From Eledone cirrhosa (lineage: Eukaryota): a DNA stretch of 64,000 nt. Below the pieces are notes generated by a model that was not told the origin of the DNA, did not search any database, and was given only the letters and a program-made list of their open reading frames with translations. The stretch covers positions 124,682,001-124,746,000 of the forward strand of contig OZ024740.1 in the NCBI GenBank assembly GCA_964016885.1. Direction: 5' to 3'. The first letter of the stretch is position 1. Each line of letters opens with the position of its first letter. The translations under genes were made by a program, and so were the position numbers. Below are positions 55,701 to 64,000 of this stretch, piece by piece.

Positions 55701-55833
55701 ACACACAAACATACACATATATACACATATATACCCAGATATACACACTTATACACACACACATACATAAATACATACACAGACATATACACACACACAC
55801 ACACATAAAACATATATATATAAATATATATAT

Positions 55834-56136
55834 ATAATATATAAGATCAAAAGATGGTTAAAAGAGTTCCATGTATTTTATTATGCGCATTTCAAAAACA
55901 AATAGAGCAGTTTTAAATCAACATATATTGATTTAAAACTGCACTATTCACAAGTGTTTTTTAACATTCATATCATGTCTTCCTATTTTATCTGATGAAA
56001 ACACAAATATTATTGCATGATGATATTTGTTTTTGAAATGCGCATAATAAAATACATGGAATTCTTTTAACCATCTTTTGATCTTATATATTATGTATAC
56101 TCCAGTCCTGCAAACTGTAGAAAACTTTAAAAAAAT

Positions 56137-56140
<4 letters not shown>
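55834..56140 (+). mobile_element. Foldback (71-bp arms) plus ~46-nt tail in (TA)n; inverted pLTR-like
   Basis: 55834-55904 vs 56024-56094; extra internal hairpin ~55902-55947; contains an HHR. Confidence 0.85.
55984..56054 (+). ncRNA. Minimal type I hammerhead ribozyme
   Basis: TATTTTAT-CTGATGA-[long AU-rich stem II]-GAAA-T-GCGC-ATA-ATAAAATA; palindromic GCGC loop. Confidence 0.82.
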
Positions 56141-56182
<42 letters not shown>

Positions 56183-56188
<6 letters not shown>

Positions 56189-58142
56189 AGAAGCAAAAAA
56201 TTGCTTATTGTGATCCAGTTCGTGGTTAAGAAAGCCAGTTTCATGGATGGTTTCAACGCACGGTTAGGGGTAACTCCACAAGTAACTCCAGAAGTATCTA
56301 AGTTTATACAATTTGACATTAACGATTATTACTCATCTATATCCCCCAACACCTTGGATAAAGCCTTAGCATTCGCCAAATCCAATTCTGACATAACAGA
56401 CGACGAGATAAAAATCATATTAGCTGCTAGGAAAACAATAATTAAATTTGAAAACGCCTATTGGGAACGTAAGGATAGATTAAATAACTTTGACATCACG
56501 GTGGGGGCTAACGACTCGGCTCAAGTCACAGACTTAGTAGGTATTTACATAGCCCATAGTTTACAAAGCGAGTTTAGCGACCTTCACGGTGGAATCTACA
56601 GAGACGACGCCCTTCTCCTAGTTAAGAACCTAAATAACCATTGCATAGAAAGACTCCGTAAGAATATTAGAAAGACTCTCGGAAAACTAGACCTTAGCAT
56701 AACGTACAAGTATAGCACTAAAACATTTAACTTTCTAGATGTGACGCTTAACCTAAATACGGGACTTATAAGACCTTTTCACAAGATTAATGAAAACTTA
56801 GCATACATCAACTGTAACTCAAACCACCCACTATCTATAATTAAATCCATTCCACGCAACATATCCCTTAGGATCTCCCGCCTCTCATCTAACCGGCAAA
56901 TCTTCGAAGAACATGCAGAATACTACAATACCGCATTAGACAAGGCAGGCCACTTAGATAGAGTAGAATATATAGATGAAAGCCTCTGTGAAGCACACAC
57001 GAACACGCATAACACAAACTCCAGAAACACACGCATACACACATTTACGCATAGAACTGCAAAGTATACGGCTAATAGAAGTACAACATCGAAATCAAAC
57101 AAGTCACGCAGTAGAAAATATATTTGGTATAACCCTATATTTAACACCTCTATTAGTACTAACCTACCCTCTACTTTCTTTAGAATAATAAATGGGCACT
57201 TTCCAGATTCACATAGATACAGCAAAATCCTTAACACTAAATCTATTAGACTATCCTACTCCACGGCACCAAATATAGAAGCACACATTAAGATGCTTAA
57301 CGCTAAAAAGATACATAACAACACCAAAACACAAATTTACAACAATAACAATACAATTACCACCGAACACAACAGAATATCTAATACACAACCACCCGCT
57401 AATAGGCAAACAAAACGTAACACTCTTGTTCAGGCATCGCAGCCCACAAATAATGCCAAAGTTGCCCATAACAAGAAATGCAACTGCCACCTACCTGAAA
57501 CCTGTCCATTACAAAATGAATGTATGCAGTCTAACCTGGTTTACCAATGCACAGTGGAATCAGACAACCAGAAATGGTATTACATCGGAGCGACTGGGAA
57601 TACTTTTAAAGCTCGTTGGTATACACACCGTTACGCAATGAAACATTCCCAGCACCGTTATGTAACTACCCTTGCAAACAAGACCTGGCAACTGAGGGAA
57701 AGTAACCATCAATACACCCTGAAGTGGAAAAAATTATCAAACGCGCCCCCATATCGGAGTGGTATGAGAAGCTGTCGATTATGCGACCTTGAGCTGTTCC
57801 ACATCTTAAGTTCGAAGAATAGGTTACTCAACAATAAAATTGAGAGATCAATTTATTGTAACCATTGACTCAAAGAGAAATTTTCGCACTACAAATCGAA
57901 CACTTAACCTCTTACTACCAACTGACAAACTGCATATACTTAGACTTTATACCCTCTTATATCTAGACCCTTTAATTACCCACAAAACCAATTCATATAT
58001 CCCCCCTTCTCCCCCATTCCTCTTCTATTTCTTCGTTTTCTTCCTTCCTTCCCCCTTCTTGGCTATCTTTTCTTTTCTTCCTTCTCACCCCCTTCTTTGC
58101 TTTTATTTTTGTCATTATTATCTTTATTTTATATTTTTTATT

Positions 58143-58175
<33 letters not shown>

Positions 58176-58182
58176 ATGTATG

Positions 58183-58235
<53 letters not shown>

Positions 58236-58263
58236 TTGTGTGTGTATATATATGTATGTGTAT

Positions 58264-58307
<44 letters not shown>

Positions 58308-58796
58308 CTCTTTATATCTCCCCCCCCCCACCTCTCTCTCTCTCCCTCTCTATCCATCCCTCCCACTATTATCTATTTAATTCTCTTTAACTCACTACAC
58401 TCCACGACATGATGTCTGCTATCAAAACTGACCAAAGAATCCTTCCACCTCTACCCCTACCTCCACCTCTACCCCTACCTCCACCTCAGTTTGTCATTCT
58501 ACTTCCTACCTCTTCCCCCTTCCTCTCTCTCTCTATACTATGCCGTCTGTCCCCCCACTTCCCGATTCCTCTCTCTCTATACTAGTAAATACAATTCCAA
58601 ATAAATGTTTTTCTCTATATATTAAGAACTATTTTAAGAGTAACTCACTATTTTGAAAATTTGGACTGTGAACAACAATTATAATTGAGTGGCTGCTATT
58701 TGCAGTATAGCAATATAAGGTTGCACTTACCAATGAAACGGTCGTAAATACCTGGATTAAACCCTTCTCTTAATGCTTACCTGTGTTTTCTCTTTT
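56183..58796 (+). mobile_element. Penelope-like retroelement insertion in (TA)n, Hydra-clade-like
   Basis: (TA)n at both ends; pyrimidine-rich 3' region with internal microsatellites; clade assignment from motif recall only; 3' boundary uncertain. Confidence 0.65.
56201..57868 (+). CDS. Penelope-like element RT + C-terminal GIY-YIG endonuclease, 5'-truncated (homology starts ~56290)
   Basis: FIQFDINDYYSSI, GANDS, GIYRDD, FNFLDVTL, SNHP, CNCx5C, LVYQC..YYIG..FKARWYTH, CRLC..CNH; no internal stops. The first ~30 codons are probably not element-derived. Confidence 0.9.
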   Translation: MLIVIQFVVKKASFMDGFNARLGVTPQVTPEVSKFIQFDINDYYSSISPNTLDKALAFAKSNSDITDDEIKIILAARKTIIKFENAYWERKDRLNNFDITVGANDSAQVTDLVGIYIAHSLQSEFSDLHGGIYRDDALLLVKNLNNHCIERLRKNIRKTLGKLDLSITYKYSTKTFNFLDVTLNLNTGLIRPFHKINENLAYINCNSNHPLSIIKSIPRNISLRISRLSSNRQIFEEHAEYYNTALDKAGHLDRVEYIDESLCEAHTNTHNTNSRNTRIHTFTHRTAKYTANRSTTSKSNKSRSRKYIWYNPIFNTSISTNLPSTFFRIINGHFPDSHRYSKILNTKSIRLSYSTAPNIEAHIKMLNAKKIHNNTKTQIYNNNNTITTEHNRISNTQPPANRQTKRNTLVQASQPTNNAKVAHNKKCNCHLPETCPLQNECMQSNLVYQCTVESDNQKWYYIGATGNTFKARWYTHRYAMKHSQHRYVTTLANKTWQLRESNHQYTLKWKKLSNAPPYRSGMRSCRLCDLELFHILSSKNRLLNNKIERSIYCNH

Positions 58797-58847
58797 ATAT
58801 ATATATATATATATATCAACTAGAAATTGGATATATATATATATATA

Positions 58848-59655
58848 GCTGTATAAAAAAGTGCAGGGCGATCAAAATTGATGGTAGTTACGGAGTAGGT
58901 AGACCCAGAAAAACCTGGGACGATCTGATAAATTCCAACCTTACACATTTGCACCTCTCTAAGACAATGTCACTGGACCGAGATCTTTGGCGCTACGCAG
59001 TAATACAGAAGACCCGCCTTGCCTATGTACAAAGCGAAACCTACAGTCAGTAGGCACCTCTTAACCAAATATACACCCCAATCCACTACTCCTACCCTAT
59101 CTTCTCACCAACACCACCCCCTCTCTATAAAGTTGGTACCACAACATCCAGTCTAAATAAATGAGATAAATGAGATCGAGATCGAGATCGTGTAGGTGTC
59201 ACGACAAAAAAACACACAGTCCACGCTGTAATGTGGTCGTGTAGGTAACACGGTAAAAAGTTCACAGTTCCACACTGTAAATGTGGTTGGTGTTAGGAAG
59301 GGCATCCAGCCGTAGAAAATCTGCCACGCTGTAATTTGGCCGTGTAGGCAACACGGTAAAAAGTTCCCAGTTCCACACTGTAAATGTGGTTGGTGTTAGG
59401 AAGGGCATCCAGCCGTAGAAAATCTGCCACGCTGTAATGTGGTCGTGTAGGCAACACGGTAAAAAGTTCCCAGTTCCACACTGTAAATGTGGTTGGTGTT
59501 AGAAAGGGCATCCAGCCGTAGAAAACCTGCCAGATAGTCCTATATGAGCGAGACACGGTCACCCGACCAACCTTGCCTCAAGTGGGACAACTCCCGTCTA
59601 ACCAATGCTAGCGTGGAAAGTGGACGTTAAACGAGGATGATGATGATGATGATGA
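58848..59655 (+). mobile_element. RTE LINE 3' fragment with triplicated 103-bp UTR unit
   Basis: Matches 34442-34992; units start at 59221, 59324 and 59427. Confidence 0.88.
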
Positions 59656-59660
59656 TATAT

Positions 59661-60200
59661 ATCATCATCATCTTCACCGTTTTACGTCCATTCTTCCACG
59701 CTAGCATTGGTTAGACGGGTTGTCCTGTTGTGGGCAGTGTCCGGTCGGCTGACCATGCCTTGCTCATACGGGAACTGATTCTGGCTTGATTTCTACAGCT
59801 GGATGCCCTTCATAACACCAACCTCATTTACAGTGAGTGCTGGGTGCTTTTTTTCCGTGGCGCCTACACGTCCACTTTACAGTGTGGGCTGGGTGCTTTT
59901 TTATCGTGGCACCTCCACGACCACTTTGCAGTGGGAGGGAATATTGTCTATATGTTTCAGCTTCGGCTTGTACCCGTGGGGGTTTTGGTCTTGTGTATTA
60001 CTGCATGAGGCCAGAGGTGACGGTTGTGTGTCATCGCTTTTGAGAAGTTTAATTGGGTAAGATCGGCTTTTATCACCTCTTCCCAGGTCTTCTTGGGTCT
60101 CCCCACTCCGCGGTTTCCATCGACTTCTAATGCTCTGCACCTTTTTATGTAGCTGTCATCCTTCATACGCATCAAGGTGTCCATACCAATGCAACTGCCA
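59661..60200 (-). mobile_element. RTE LINE 3' fragment
   Basis: MRMKDDSYIKRCRALEVDGNRGVGRPKKTW; (GAT)n tail facing the previous element. Confidence 0.85.
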
Positions 60201-60206
60201 TATTTA

Positions 60207-61534
<1,328 letters not shown>

Positions 61535-61923
61535 TCCTGCATTGAACCACCTAGGTACTATGACATAACCTGTGTATTTGCTGGCATGGGCGTGCATCTG
61601 TGCGCTTATGTTAGTTGATATATTAAATTATCTATATTTATCTCCAAATCACTGATTTGTCGAGCAAACTTGTCAAAACCACTTCTAAAAAAATTTTTTT
61701 TTTTGGGGTGTTAGTAGGCGTCAGTCATCTTACCATCCCATTCCTTCTAACTAGCCTCTGTGTCACGTGATTGATTCTTTAGAATCGGCCATTTGACTTG
61801 AAGCAGTGAGAATTTCGGTACATAGAATTCAGTCCTCGCAAGCTGTTCGATCTACCGAATTATTATTATTTTTATATGAGCCGCCAGTGTCCGCGCATTG
61901 CCTGGAGACTTAACTGAGAATAG

Positions 61924-62005
61924 ACTTCCTGATGACGCAATGAATTCTCGACAGTTGGATTACATAACTGTCTTTATCCCATTGCAGAAACTAATTAGTT
62001 GGAGT
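61924..62005 (+). ncRNA. Type I hammerhead ribozyme (family C)
   Basis: ACTTC-CTGATGA-C-GCAATG..GACAGTT..AACTGTC..CATTGC-A-GAAA-CTAATTA-GTT-GGAGT; palindromic ACTAATTAGT stem III, GUU triplet. Confidence 0.87.
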
Positions 62006-62022
62006 GAAAATTTAAGTAAGAA

Positions 62023-62063
<41 letters not shown>

Positions 62064-62509
62064 ATTTTTTTAAAAAAATATTTTCTTATTTTACGTCCTT
62101 TATATTATTGTTCTGCATTCTCCTGCATTGAACCACCTAGGTACTATGACATAACCTGTGTATTTGCTGGCATGGGCGTGCATCTGTGCGCTTATGTTAG
62201 TTGATATATTAAATTATCTATATTTATCTCCAAATCACTGATTTGTCGAGCAAACTTGTCAAAACCACTTCTAAAAAAATTTTTTTTTTTGGGGTGTTAG
62301 TAGGCGTCAGTCATCTTACCATCCCATTCCTTCTAACTAGCCTCTGTGTCACGTGATTGATTCTTTAGAATCGGCCATTTGACTTGAAGCAGTGAGAATT
62401 TCGGTACATAGAATTCAGTCCTCGCAAGCTGTTCGATCTACCGAATTATTATTATTTTTATATGAGCCGCCAGTGTCCGCGCATTGCCTGGAGACTTAAC
62501 TGAGAATAG

Positions 62510-62591
62510 ACTTCCTGATGACGCAATGAATTCTCGACAGTTGGATTACATAACTGTCTTTATCCCATTGCAGAAACTAATTAGTTGGAGT
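62510..62591 (+). ncRNA. Type I hammerhead ribozyme (family C, second unit)
   Basis: Same motif 586 nt downstream. Confidence 0.87.
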
Positions 62592-62609
62592 GAAAATTTA
62601 AGTAAGAAA

Positions 62610-62651
<42 letters not shown>

Positions 62652-62690
62652 TTTTAAAAAAATATTTTCTTATTTTACGTCCTTTATATT

Positions 62691-62731
<41 letters not shown>

Positions 62732-62998
62732 ACATATATTTATAAATATTTATATATATATACATTTTATATATATAAATACATTTATATATAAGTATGT
62801 ACACGTACATACATATATGTTTACCGACGTACAGTAGTATGTATATATATATATACATACATGCACACATATATATATGCACGTATGGATTCACCGAACA
62901 TTTATTATAATGCTCGGTGTGTTTGTAAACAAACATCCCGTATTAAGCCGTAGTGTCTAGCGACCACCGTTGCTCGTTTGTTCAACACTGACAAAGGA

Positions 62999-63041
62999 AC
63001 GCTGTACTAGTTTCAAGCTTGTTAGCTATCGTCAGCAACGT
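62999..63041 (-). ncRNA. Type I hammerhead ribozyme (family A)
   Basis: ACGTTG-CTGACGA-TAGCTAACAAGCTT-GAAA-CTA-GTA-CAGCGT; the next copy (63425-63458) is cut by the inversion. Confidence 0.9.
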
Positions 63042-63624
63042 ATACCTTCCTGCCAGATTGTTGAACGTATATACTTACCTTATGCATATTAACGGCTGAG
63101 TAGCCCAATTTGCATATCGAGTGGGTTAATCGGCCGGGTGCACCGAAAACGATAAACGGAAAAAATGAAACGATATTTCATTTCCCACTCTTAGTACGGC
63201 TGTTACTTAAATATAAGTATGTACACGTACATACATATATGTATACCGACGTACAGTAGTATGTATATATATATATATATACATACATGCACACATATAT
63301 ATATGCACGTATGGATTCACCGAACATTTATTATAATGCTCGGTGTGTTTGTAAACAAACATCCCGTATTAAGCCGTAGTGTCTAGCAACCACCGTTGCT
63401 CGTTTGTTCAACACTGACAAAGGAACGCTGTACTAGTTTCAAGCTTGTTAGCTATCGTACTAACAGCCGTACTAAGAGTGGGAAATGAAATATCGTTTCA
63501 TTTTTTCCGTTTATCGTTTTCGGTGCACCCGGCCGATTAACCCACTCGATATGCAAATTGGGCTACTCAGCCGTTAATATGCATAAGGTAAGTATATACG
63601 TTCAACAATCTGGCAGGAAGGTAT

Positions 63625-63667
63625 ACGTTGCTGACGATAGCTAACAAGCTTGAAACTAGTACAGCGT
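63625..63667 (+). ncRNA. Type I hammerhead ribozyme (family A)
   Basis: ACGTTG-CTGACGA-TAGCTAACAAGCTT-GAAA-CTA-GTA-CAGCGT; predicted cleavage after 63661. Confidence 0.92.
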
Positions 63668-64000
63668 TCCTTTGTCAGTGTTGAACAAACGAGCAACGGT
63701 GGTTGCTAGACACTACGGCTTAATACGGGATGTTTGTTTACAAACACACCGAGCATTATAATAAATGTTCTGTGAATCCATACGTGCATATATATATGTG
63801 TGCATGTATGTATATATATATATACATACTACTGTACGTCGGTATACATATATGTATGTACGTGTACATACTTATATTTAAGTAACAGCCGTACTAAGAG
63901 TGGGAAATGAAATATCGTTTCATTTTTTCCGTTTACATTTATATATATATATATATATTGCAGGGTAGGCTGCTCGCTCGGTGAAATGTAACGTACTAAT

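Larger units (their letters stand above)
61535..62690 (+). mobile_element. Family C HHR-bearing tandem dimer (586-nt period)
   Basis: 61535-62120 and 62121-62690 are almost identical; one HHR per unit; ends in (TA)n. Confidence 0.88.
62789..63935. mobile_element. Family A array: ~1.6 minus monomers, inversion, ~1.1 plus monomers
   Basis: Minus 62789-63458, plus 63461-63935 (63461-63513 repeats at 63883-63935); TA-rich flanks. Confidence 0.92.

Noticed and set aside
57866-57868. TGA after CNH followed by a short open stretch, suggesting selenocysteine readthrough as in some Naiad elements
   Set aside because: It is not at a conserved Cys position; a CGA-to-TGA change or a true stop is simpler, and no SECIS was recognised.
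58680-58760. GAAAC-GGTC-GTA near the PLE 3' end as a hammerhead
   Set aside because: No CUGANGA box with a matching stem I upstream.
59221-59530. Regular repeats resembling a CRISPR array
   Set aside because: Whole units repeat with no unique spacers, no cas genes, and the context is eukaryotic.

Overview
AT-rich, microsatellite-dense animal genomic DNA. The SINE families suggest a mollusc, possibly an octopod (inference from recall). No host gene could be supported; the recognisable content is retroelements. Autonomous-type elements: three L1/Tx1-clade LINEs at 6.2-19.1 kb (one full-length with an 18-bp TSD), many RTE LINE fragments, tRNA-derived SINEs, and a 5'-truncated Penelope-like element (RT + GIY-YIG) at 56.2-57.9 kb. 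The main signal, read by eye, is roughly 20 intact, degenerate or half type I hammerhead ribozyme (HHR) motifs. They fall in three unrelated non-coding tandem-monomer families (~422, ~467 and ~586 nt, retrozyme-like) and several short foldback insertions. Nearly all sit in (TA)n tracts, and most foldbacks have two inverted arms with an extra tail on one side. Working model (inference): a (TA)n-targeted community of self-cleaving, possibly circular, non-autonomous RNAs mobilised by Penelope-like machinery. The class is known in animals; whether these families are described needs a database search.
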